Shown here in pieces: positions 25,301 to 37,300 of a stretch of DNA of 64,000 nt; the stretch's first letter is position 1; each line of letters begins with the position of its first letter. The notes under the pieces are model-generated. The model was not told the DNA's origin and ran no database searches. It saw nothing but the letters and a program-made list of their open reading frames with translations. This stretch comes from Laetmonice hystrix. Its lineage: Eukaryota. The DNA is taken from NCBI GenBank assembly GCA_965235115.1, contig OZ249439.1, forward strand, positions 21,948,001 to 22,012,000. The letters run 5' to 3'. Made by a program: the position numbers and the translations under genes.

Positions 25301-28300
25301 ATGGTACTGCTTGCCGAGAGGTTTCCATCATGCCGTGGGCTCCGCTGCTGTGGCGGAGGCCGCTGCTGCCGTGCTGGGGGAGCCGGCAGAGACACGGTGG
25401 GCTCTCGGGCAGGCTGCAACTGCTGACCCTTCTGTTTAGTCGAAGTACTGCCAGTAGAACTTGTTCGAACTTTGCTCCGACTGCTCTTGCTGGATTTGGG
25501 CGTAGTAGGCCCTTGCTTGGTCAAGTCACTACTTACTTTCACCTGGGGTGAGACGTTCACGACATCAACATCCTCATCAGAACTATCTGAGGAGGAGGTG
25601 AGGAATTCCCGAGACTTTGCCTGTGGTTTACGGCTGTTTGACTTTGGTGTGGAGCTGCCAGATTTTCGTTCAGATGAACGTGGTGGAGTTTTGACTGAAC
25701 GGGGGGAACTTTTGGCCCCAGACTTTGAACCATTTTGTCTGGAAGTAGATCGCTGTTTGTGCTCTTTGGTTGGCGATACCTTCACAGTAGTTGTAGCAGT
25801 ACTGGTGTTGGCTTTCTGAGGTGAGGGTTTGGGAGACTTTCCAGCCTCGCGTTCAGAGGATGCTGCTGTTGTTTTTGAATTCTTGCGAGAGCGCCGACCA
25901 GGCGACCGCCCAACACTACTCCTACTACTTCCAGCACTTTTAACACTGCTTGGCGACTTCATTTCCCTCCCGCTAGGGGGTGCCTTGTCACTCTGATTCC
26001 TACTGCTGCTCCTAGGGGGAGTCCCAGCATCAGACCTAGTCTTAGATATGGTGAGGAAGATTCCCTTATCTCCCATCTTAACACTGCTCACTGTATCAGA
26101 CTTCATGGCCGCTTCCTTACTGACTGCTTTGTTCTCCATCATCTCATCTTTGATTGGATCAGGAATGTTCTCTTGAAATAATATATCGATGAGGCCATCG
26201 TTCTTGTCGATTGTTCGGGCATCCCCGCCTCCACCGTGCGGGCCTGCGGCCATGGCTTCTGAACCTGGTAGGCCTCCTCCTGGCATGTCATCCTTCCAGT
26301 TACACAGTGCCCAACTCCGGGATGACTGCTGAAAGTAGACAGAGATACCGTTAGAAAACTCCTATTTTATCTCCTCTGGGTTGAACATGGATTCATCACG
26401 TTTTCACTAAAAGGAACACCATTCATGAAAGTTATTCTTTATTAGTTCCTACTCTGTATACATGTATGTCTCGACAGAAATAAACAGACCTAACGAGACT
26501 CTTATGTCTTTCTATAGGAAGTAGGTAGACTTACAGAACTCATAGGCTTCAAAAGATCGGTAAACCAGGGGTTTTCAGTGGACCAGGCCTTACAATTTCA
26601 GATGGTGGCTAAATATGGGTTTTTGACAGGCTGGCCGTCTGATGTCTGATATAGAGCTTCCCAAGGTGCGCACAGCTCCACAACGTCTTAAAACTGCAAA
26701 TGATCACACCAATGCACCAGCCATCTTATGGCGTAAAGAACCCTTCAATGGTACGCCAGAGAAACCCATTACTGGTCGTCTCAACTGTGCTTGGAAACAC
26801 AGCTTCCAATCTAGGAGTGGGGAACAACTCACTGCACAGGCAATCTGATCTCCAATATTTGACAAGAACAAACTAATAGGAAAAGACAACATTTGGGCTT
26901 CGGAGACATCTCAGGTTTCTTACTCGGCAATATTTGTCATCAAAGACGACAGGAAGAAGATTCAATCAATTTTTACTGTGGGCCCTAAAGGACGCTTGGA
27001 AGGTTTCCCTAACCATGAAGACCACCAATGAAAATGAGATGCTGGATCAAAGAACTGTCATGTTGTACTTCTGGGCGACGGGGGGGGGGAGTGCTGAGTG
27101 TTGGAATAGAGCAACAACCAGGTCGGAACCTCAACCAGGAGTGTTGGAAAAAAGTGTCATACTGTAAAGGTGGAACCAGTCAGTAACACTGCATCAACCA
27201 GTACATAGTTGTAACAGGCGAGGTGTTATATTGTGAGGAGGGGGGCAACTAGAAACTGTCAGGCTGGGGGACACCGACCAGTATGATGTCACTACGCTGT
27301 GTGTGTGTGTGTGTGGGGGGGGGCCCTCCCCCCAGCCAGCCCAAAGTACTTCTAGCCTAACACCACTTGCCCATTATCCTCCAGTAGTCACCCACCCGCC
27401 CCATCAGCCCCACTCCAACCCCACCCCATCCCTGCCTGAGAGCGGATGTGCCTGCTAGAGTGCGCCAGCCCTGTCAACCTTGTAGGGCCTCGTATGCTGA
27501 AGACAAGCATTTGCCATTTGCGTCAGCCTCGGGGGCCCGGTGCTCAAGGCTATGATGGATTGCCGAGGTAGTCTTCAGGGATAGGCCAGGGGTCAAGAGA
27601 ACGCAGGCACCGTGCGGCCCTAACCCGGCCAGGCCATGACGTCAAAGCGGCCAGTGTTGTACCGCTTGGCGGCAGCACAGCCTAATTGCAGGGCAGCGGG
27701 CCTACCAGATTGGCGGGCAAAGGGATAGCCACCTCTTTTTATGACCTTTCCATGGAGAACAATGTCAGTTGGTTTTTCCTTTTTTAACGACTTTTTGATC
27801 AGCCACTAAATCATTGTCACAACACTGGTGAAATAAATCATTTATTTTTCAAAAACTCCTGGGGTGAGATGTGTGTGTGTGTGTGGGGGGGGGGGGGGTG
27901 TCAGTAAAGGACCCATGACAGGAATAGCCCTGGGTGATACCATAAGGCACATGTACAGAGTAAACACTATACCTGAGGGTATATCGCCCAGCATTCCTAT
28001 ACAGTCAGTTGACTCACCAGTACTGAATATAACGAAACATCCCTGCCCCACCTTTACACCCTACCCACTCCCCCTGTAAAGAGTAAACTTACATGGATGC
28101 CACACAATGATACTGAAATAGCAGCCAGCAATTCCATGGAAAGCATCTAGACCCTCAATAGATGTCCTCAGAAACACTCATTGCCTACTCAGTCACACTC
28201 AGAAATGAAGACTGGCAACACAATGATTGATTCATTTCCCTCCTTTCCAACGACTACCATCCATCCACATCCTTCCCAAAACTGTTTTCTTAAATACCCA

Positions 28301-31300
28301 ATACATGTACACCCTTTCCTTGGAATCTCCAAAATAAACTCCCGTTTCCTCACGCCCCCTTTAGTACGTAACTGCATTAAAATGATTCAAAATAATTAGG
28401 TTTACATGTATTGTCAAACGACCTGGTCCAACCAACGTTTATCAACACTGGTAACATTAAATTAAAGACACTATATTTAACTGCAATCAATATAACACAA
28501 TGATGATCCAATTTGATGGGGGATGAATACCGAGCGGGAATAGGGGTGGGGTTGTGGGTGGGGGTTATGGGGGGGTGAGTTAAGGGGGTGGGGGTGGCGA
28601 CTCACCTCAGGCTCCGGGGGCGGTGGTGGTGACGGCGACTTAGGTTTTTTCACCACCACCTCCTTAGCTTCCTTCTCATCCTCGTTGTCCGAGGAGCTTG
28701 ACTCGCTCTCGGAGCCGCTGTCTGAGCTCTCCGACCCGCTGGACGAACTCTCTGAGCTCTCCAACATCTTACTGCCGCTGTTCATCGACGGCTTCGGCGA
28801 CCTGCAACCAGAAACTGGTCCGTCAAAGAGGCTGCCACACTTCACAGTACCCCAGTTGTATCATGGATGATTATCATAGCCGCAACATATACATTTGTAG
28901 CTAAAGGGACCGCCTTTGTTTGTTGGCTTACCTAGGTATATTGATTTTTCATGTCTATCTATGCGAAAAATGCTTCATGTGGAAACCAACGCAGAGAGGA
29001 AAACGGAAAAGAACAACATGAAATACCAAGAAGGTGGGACCTAGCATAACACGAGCAGTCAGACAGACAACAGATGTCCCAGGCCATGGGGGCCGTCCCT
29101 AGAACCTCCGGGGAAACATGCCTCCCCACTCAACTTCACATCCCACCGCTGACTTATACAGCGGTACCGTCATCTAATGTCCGCTGGGACAGCCTGCCAA
29201 CAAACCACACAGTCACTTGGAATTCGAAATATAAACTACAGTTCGCCAGTCCCTTTAAAAACATATTGTATAGTCTGGAGAATCGTAAAGCCGAGAATAA
29301 ATTACATACCGTAATTCGTATAACATGCAACAATAGTTAGGAAGCTCATTCTGTGAACCCCTATGAGAAAAAAGTAGGCCGAGAAAAAAGTAGGCCGTAT
29401 ATCACTCAGTTTTTAAAACTCATGTTGAATGCATACACCTGGGGCTTGATTTTCTCTGTGTGCGTGGACAAAAAGTCAGCCAATCACCTCCTCAATGGAT
29501 GAGATCGGGTCTGATGTTATCTGTAGATATCAATAACCTGAGTGTGGTGGAACGAACCCACCACCCAGCGGCCCAGTGGGAGGAAGGGCACAGTTGGCTC
29601 GCAGTGGTTCTCAATCAGTCAGTTCAAGACGACGCTCATTAGCATCAATTTGATTAGACCACGCGGTGCTGGTGCTGATGAGGGTCTTTAGGGTAGGGCG
29701 GACGTTCCACGACCATAACAGGACTACGCCCTCAGCCCTGCGGGAAATCCGTGTAAAGTCGGTGTCAAGTCAATGCCAGTCAGTGTGAAGGGAAATCAGG
29801 GGGACTAATTTGAAGCCACTGCAGGCGGCCCGAAGCCAGAGAAATTCTGGGCGAAGCCACTTTGAACCAGATCAATTCTACATAGATCTTTAAAAGACAG
29901 GCGGCGGAAGTGAGCGAAAACTCAGTGTGAACTCGGTCTGGTCAAATGTGGTTCTGAACTATGAAGACCGAGAAGCGTAGAGAAGGGAAGTTAACACTCT
30001 GGATACCCCACTCAATTTAGGGATTCAGATCCTTATTACGCCAGAGCCCAGAATGGGGGGGGGGGTGGTTATGAGGTGTGTGTGAGGGCAGGGTGCAGCC
30101 ACCGTGAAAGGTAAACGATCAGTTTACACCACCTATCCCATGCAGTGCCGATCCTATACCCACATCCGTTCGCTACATCAGAATTTATTTCCCCTTCTCA
30201 CTCTTCATTACCCTAGCACAGAGGTTGCGATGAGAACATGCTGCAGCCTCCAGCGGCGGCGGGCCGTGGGGTTCCTCCCGAAAATCTGGAACGGCGCCGA
30301 CCCTTGGGTTCCGGCTAAGACAGACTAAAAAAAATCCTCTAAAAAACTTCGCCCTGCCAGTGACTCTCCCAAGTTACCAATCTTCTCTTCCGAGCCAGTG
30401 ATTCTGCCTTGTGGTGCAATGTTTGTAATCCTTGCCAGGACAGCGTACGCCTTGACCTGAGAGGCTGACCCAGTTACCGGCAGAGTTGAGCCGGGGCCCA
30501 GGTCCAGCTCTCCTACACAACTCTTGCCAACCCGGGCGGGAGCCGCTTGCCACCCGCCGATAGGCCGTCTGTAGCTGAGTCATCAGATACCATAGACAAC
30601 AATTCACCTATCTACCTTAGCCCCAGGTCCCCCTCCCTCTCACCCCACCCCACAGACCGCGCCCCACAGTATAACCGAATCCTACCTCTCAATGTCTCTC
30701 TGCTTTCCTTTGAACCAGAACGACACCCAGCTCATGTGAAATACAATTATGTTACAGATGCCCAGCCAATTCTTACGATGAAATTGAGATCCATACCTGG
30801 TTCCGCTGTCTGCTCACCTGTCCCCACCCAGCGACAAACACCAGTTACACACTGGGGGCAGGAGATAGGCGCTGCCGTGTGTGTGTGTTCCTGACGACCG
30901 CCGGGCCGGCCCTCCAGTAATGTGTGTTTAATCGAACCGATGTCAAGGCATACACTGACACCTCCACAGGACACTTTGCCATACATCGATCAATTCAAAA
31001 CTCATGATGGATTTCGCGCGGGGGACACGCGCTTGAATTTCTTCTTCAATTTTTAAGCGTATCTTTGAGGTCATGTAAATAATGTGGTTATAACGGTTAT
31101 TGTAGGAATGTCTGTTGATGGGTTAGGGCCCGAGTGCCGAGCAGAACGCTGGGGTCGGGACCAGGCGCCACCTGGTGGTACAACTCGGACCAAGTGCCGA
31201 CATCGCCTTTTCCCTGAGGTTGATGTAATCACACAAGTCGGAGATAATGCAACCTCAGCCTACCTCCTGCTCACGATGGTTGTTTGCGATGAGCTGATCA

Positions 31301-34300
31301 CCATCGTTTATGATCTGACTCAAGCCATGATCGACCGGTTAGAGTGCCATGCATCAAACTGCAAATCCCGGGGCTGAAGGGGCTTGTCCGAGCGGCGAGT
31401 CCCACAGACATGTTGAATTGGTGTCGGCCCCCTTTGTATCGCCCTCTCGGCGCACCGTGTGCAGAACAAAAACCACTAAACCGGCACATTTGGGTTTGGA
31501 CTGCTTCCAAATCAGCGAATTTGTGGAGTGTGCGGCTGATTAAGAAATGGACTGATCAAACTGACATGATTTATTCATGACTTCCTGGCACTGTGGGTGG
31601 TGGGACATTAATGACTGGTGGACACACAATTGTGGTGGTAGTGGTGGCCATGGTGGTGGTGGACAGCCATGGCAGTCCAAAACCATCTTCATCCAGCTCA
31701 TGCATCTCCCATCAAACTCCCATTGGCATGGAAACCAATTACATTAAAGGACATCGGGGGACTGGGGAACCTCATAATCGTGGCCCGACATTGGCGAGGT
31801 CTGCTTTCAAAGCGAGTGTCTCTGTTATAAAGGGCAGAGAGAAATACCAGCATTTTCACCACCTTTCATATCCTGAAATCAACCAATGATTCCAACATGA
31901 ACTCGCTCTGATCATAATCACGTCCCGATGTAATTACAAGTCAACAGCTGTTAGTAGAGAACAGTTCCCACGGAGCCCCACCCCAAACTACGCATGACCT
32001 GTCACATTGTTCGCGGTCAGTCTCTCCCAAAGAGACATCCCTGGAGACTGTCAATAGTATCGGCCCAACCGCCTCTCACTTAGTGGACATGAGCCCTTCT
32101 CCAGATCTCCTGTCTCTGTGACCTGGTGGAGCTCAGGCCTTCTCCACGCATCAGATCCTCAGGCTTGGTAGGCGTGCAGTCACCGTGACCTGGTGGAGCT
32201 CAGGCCTTCTCCACGCATCAGGTCCTCAGGCTTGGTGGGCCTCAGACCTTCCAGTCACTGTGACTTGGTGGAGCTCAGGCCTTCTCCACGCATCAGATCC
32301 TCAGGCTTGGTAGGCTTGTCACTGTGACTTGGTGGAGCTCAGACGACCTTCTCCAAGCATCAGACCATCAGGCTTGGTAGGCTTGCAGTCACTCTGACTT
32401 GCTGGAGCGCAGGCCTGAGACCCTCTGACTCAGTGGACATAAGCCCTTCTCCAGGAAGGGTCGGCCTCAGACTTTCCCCAGGCCTCAAGTCCCTCAGACA
32501 GACTCGACCTCAGACCTTCTCCAAACCTCCAGTCCCTCAGACCTGGTCGGCCTCAGACCTTCTCCAGGCCTCCAATCCCTCAGACAGGATCGGCCACAGA
32601 CCTTCTCCAGGCCTCCAGTCCCTCAGACAGGGTCGGCCTCAGACCTTCTCCAGGCCTCCAATCCCTCAGACAGGGTGACCTTCTCCAGGCCTCCAGGCCC
32701 TCAGACAGGGTCGGCCTCAGACCGTGTCCAGGCCTCCAGTCCCTCAGACAGGGTCGACCTCAGACCTCCTTCAGGCCTCCAATGCCTCAGACAGGGTCGG
32801 CCTCAGACCTTCTCCAGGCCTCCAGTCCCTCAGACAGGGTCGGCCTCAGACCTTCTCCAGGCCTCCAATCCCTCAGACAGGGTCAGCCTCCGACCTTCTC
32901 CAGGCCTCCAGTCCCTCAGACAAGGTCGGCCTCCGACCCAGGTCCTTCTACAAGTCTCCAGTTGCAGCATGTCAGTCTCCCACCATTCTATCTCCACAGC
33001 TCCGGGATGGACCCCTGATCAATTCCTAATTACCTTGCTGTCAGGGAAACGTGACTTGATTCTGTTCCCGGGCGCCCCTCCCTCTCTCTCTCGGAACCTT
33101 TGTGACGTGGCGGCGGTGGCCGCACTGGTGGCCGCCGCCGAGTACAGCAGGAACTCGCCCAGTCACCACCCGGCGGTGCGCTTGGCGGCGGCGGCCCACA
33201 ATCTGCACCTCATTTCCTGTGTTGCCGACGTGTGCTCGTCTTGGCGGGGCATCCATCCACGGCTACTACAACACACGTGTCCTTCATCTGCCCACCTCCT
33301 CCTCCTCCTCTCATACACTACCCATCCTTCTCCCGTAATCATCTCCCTATCATAATCTCGCTTGGCCTTACTGCAAACATTTCCTCCTTTTTCATGTTGA
33401 TACTAGAAATATTTGATAAAAACCAGGCGACTTGCTGCCTTTTTGACTGAAGCAGACGCAATGCATATCCAAGATAACCATGGGCATGGCACCCTTAAAT
33501 AATGCTTAATATGGCTGAAAGAAACCCCGACGACAGTCTCACATTCGTAGAAACGTCATGCAGATTGACTGCTGTCTTGGTGGCTGGGCCCTGGCAACCA
33601 CAACCGCTGAGCTTGACCTAAACTTGACCCCTGCGTTCATAAGGTCATGACCCTTCCCTCAGGGCACGTTGTCCGCCTGTAGTTGCACAAGTTCGGCCAG
33701 TTACGTCACCCTGACAACTAATCCTTTTGTACAAATTCATTCCACCGACCCGGAAGGAAACTCTTCAGAGCCGTCCGCTAAATGAAACCACTCTGCCTCA
33801 CTACATACGTCCCAGTCACACTATAGGACTGCTGACGTCCTAACAATTTCCAACCCTAACCTGATGAAGTGGACTCACACCATCTGACCACGGTCATCAG
33901 CTGGAGCTGCCATGGGAGGTCCTTCCCTACGACTGACCCACCCCTACCACCACAAGGGCCCTACCCCGACCGTCGGCCATGGGTTGAGAAACCAGACCGA
34001 CCATTGATGGGTTTGGATCCCGGCGATTAAAACAATAGACTCGGCGGGAGCGGGTCGCTGCTGGCCATCCATTATTCCCGTCATGATGCGGGTTAATGAA
34101 TGGGTTGTTGGGTGGGGTGGGGGTGGGGTGGGGGTGGGTGAGGTGAGGGGGGTGGGGGGGGGAGCCATAGCCTTCAGCTCCCCGAGGTCAACCCCTGTGT
34201 GGACAGACCTCTGACAGGGACACTAGTGCTGGTTGACAATGGAATAAAACCTCTCCATGGCTATAGCCACTCCAATGCCTGGTCACTACGGATCTGATCC

Positions 34301-37300
34301 CGCATCAATACAGCCCGACTGACAAATTTACTGTCTGATCAGACAACACTCTCACTATCAGACATCACTACTGTCCGATTAGACAACACTATCAGACAAC
34401 ACTACTGCCTGGTCAGACAACACTACTGCCTGGTCCGACAACACTACTGCCTGGTCAGACAACACTACTGCCTGATCAGACAACACTACTGCCTGGTCAG
34501 ACAATCCTGATCCCCGAACAGTCAGATCGGGCACCACTAGTACCTCATTAGACAGTATCCCACAATTGCCTGTTCGTCCCCTAGTTCATACTTTAAAGCT
34601 GGTCACACCCCGCCTTTTCTAGCTTTGATATAAACATCTCCATCTGAGGTCAATGCATGGATCCCATCATATCACGCATTGTCACTCAGTTGCTCTGTCC
34701 GTATATTATATAATACCAACGAGACAGACTATATTATACTAGACTGTCCTGTCACACCAAACTGGCTTTCAGTGTCCCAGGTTTAACTGGTGCCCACTTG
34801 AGCAGCCGTAACCGGAGCCGGGTTTCCGTCACAGGTCGTCAGACAGTCGGCCAGGTAGTATACTCTTCACAAAGACCCCGACCACCACCACCACCCGCTC
34901 CAGCAGCATGCCGTGGGTTGGTAGGTGGCCGTGCGTGACACCGCCCCATTACCCGCCCCCAACCCCCCTAACCCTGCAGGAACCGACGCCAGACTGCTTG
35001 CCATGAGCTCCGCCTGCACACAGACTTTCCTTTTATCAGCCAAAGTACCATCTTTGTCGGAAACAATGGCCCATTGTGTCCTACACCGTGCCCAGCTGGC
35101 CCATGTGGGCACTCCTTCGATCCCTATACCAAAGACGCCAGTTTCATTTAGAATATGCTGGTCCCATGAAAAACATCCGAATGATAAAAAAAACAATAAG
35201 AAAAGCAAACACTTCACCACGCGGTTAAACGGCACTGGAAGTATACCATTGTGATCTGCCATAATGGTATGATTATATCTGGAAACTGATAAACCTTTAC
35301 ATGCATACAAACAACTAGACAGGCTCTCGATTACCTCTACCCACCGACTTATACCGCTTCATCCTACAGCACTGTGTCAGTCAACCTTCTCTCACAATAA
35401 CCGCTCCATTAAGTGAAAGAAACGCCCTGTCACCGACCGTTAGACGCCATGCCCTAACTGCGGCACCCTGGAGAAACCTGGGGCCCACTCCAATACTCGA
35501 GATGTCTCTCACAATCCAAGGATACAAACCTGGGGCCCACTCCAATACTCGAGACGTCTCTCACAATCCAAGGATACAAACCTGGGGCCCACTCCAATAC
35601 TCGAGACGTCTCTCACAATCCAAGGATACAAACCGTGGGGCCCACTCTAATACTAGAGACGTCTCTCACAATCCAAGGATACAAACCGTGGGGCCCACTC
35701 CAATACTAGAGACGTCTCTCACAATCCAAGGATACAAACCGTGGGGCCCACTCCAATACTAGAGACGTCTCTCACAATCCAAGGATACAAACCGTGGGGC
35801 CCACTCCAATACTCGAGATGTCTCTCACAATCCAAGGATACAAACCTGGAGCCCACTCTAATACTCGAGATGTCTCTCACAATCCAAGGATACAAACCTG
35901 GGGCCCACTCCAATACTAGAGACGTCTCTCACAATCCAAGGATACAAACCGTGGGGCCCACTCCAATACTAGAGACGTCTCTCACAATCCAAGGATACAA
36001 ACCGTGGGGCCCACTCCAATACTCGAGATGTCTCTCACAATCCAAGGATACAAACCGTGGGGCCCACTCTAATACTAGAGACGTCTCTCACAATCCAAGG
36101 ATACAAACCGTGGGGCCCACTCCAATACTAGAGACGTCTCTCACAATCCAAGGATACAAACCGTGGGGCCCACTCTAATACTAGAGACGTCTCTCACAAT
36201 CCAAGGATACAAACCGTGGGGCCCACTCCAATACTAGAGACGTCTCTCACAATCCAAGGATACAAACCGTGGGGCCCACTCCAATACTCGAGATGTCTCT
36301 CACAATCCAAGGATACAAACCGTGGGGCCCACTCCAATACTCGAGATGTCTCTCACAATCCAAGGATACAAACCGTGGGGCCCACTCCAATACTCGAGAT
36401 GTCTCTCACAATCCAAGGATACAAACCTGGGGCCCACTCCAATACTCGAGATGTCTCTCACAATCCAAGGATACAAACCGTGGGGCCCACTCCAATACTA
36501 GAGACGTCTCTCACAATCCAAGGATACAAACCGTGGGACCCACTCCAATACTAGAGACGTCTCTCACAATCCAAGGATACAAACCTGGAGCCCACTCTAA
36601 TACTCGAGACGTCTCTCACAATCCAAGGATACAAACCGTGGGGCCCACTCCAATACTAGAGACGTCTCTCACAGTCCAAGGATACAAACCGCGGGGCCCA
36701 TTCCAATACTCGAGATGTCTCTCACAATCCAAGGATACAAACCGTGGGGCCCACTCCAATACTAGAGACGTCTCTCACAATCCAAGGATACAAACCGTGG
36801 GGCCCACTCCAATACTAGAGACGTCTCTCACAATCCAAGGATACAAACCGTGGGGCCCACTCCAATACTCGAGATGTCTCTCACAATCCAAGGATACAAA
36901 CCTGGAGCCCACTCTAATACTCGAGATGTCTCTCACAATCCAAGGATACAAACCTGGGGCCCACTCCAATACTAGAGACGTCTCTCACAATCCAAGGATA
37001 CAAACCGTGGGGCCCACTCCAATACTAGAGACGTCTCTCACAATCCAAGGATACAAACCGTGGGGCCCACTCCAATACTCGAGATGTCTCTCACAATCCA
37101 AGGATACAAACCGTGGGGCCCACTCTAATACTAGAGACGTCTCTCACAATCCAAGGATACAAACCGTGGGGCCCACTCCAATACTAGAGACGTCTCTCAC
37201 AATCCAAGGATACAAACCGTGGGGCCCACTCTAATACTAGAGACGTCTCTCACAATCCAAGGATACAAACCGTGGGGCCCACTCCAATACTAGAGACGTC

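Noticed and set aside
24855-25819. Overlapping and antisense ORFs across the large AFF exon and the RD exon
   Set aside because: Shadow frames of low-complexity coding sequence.
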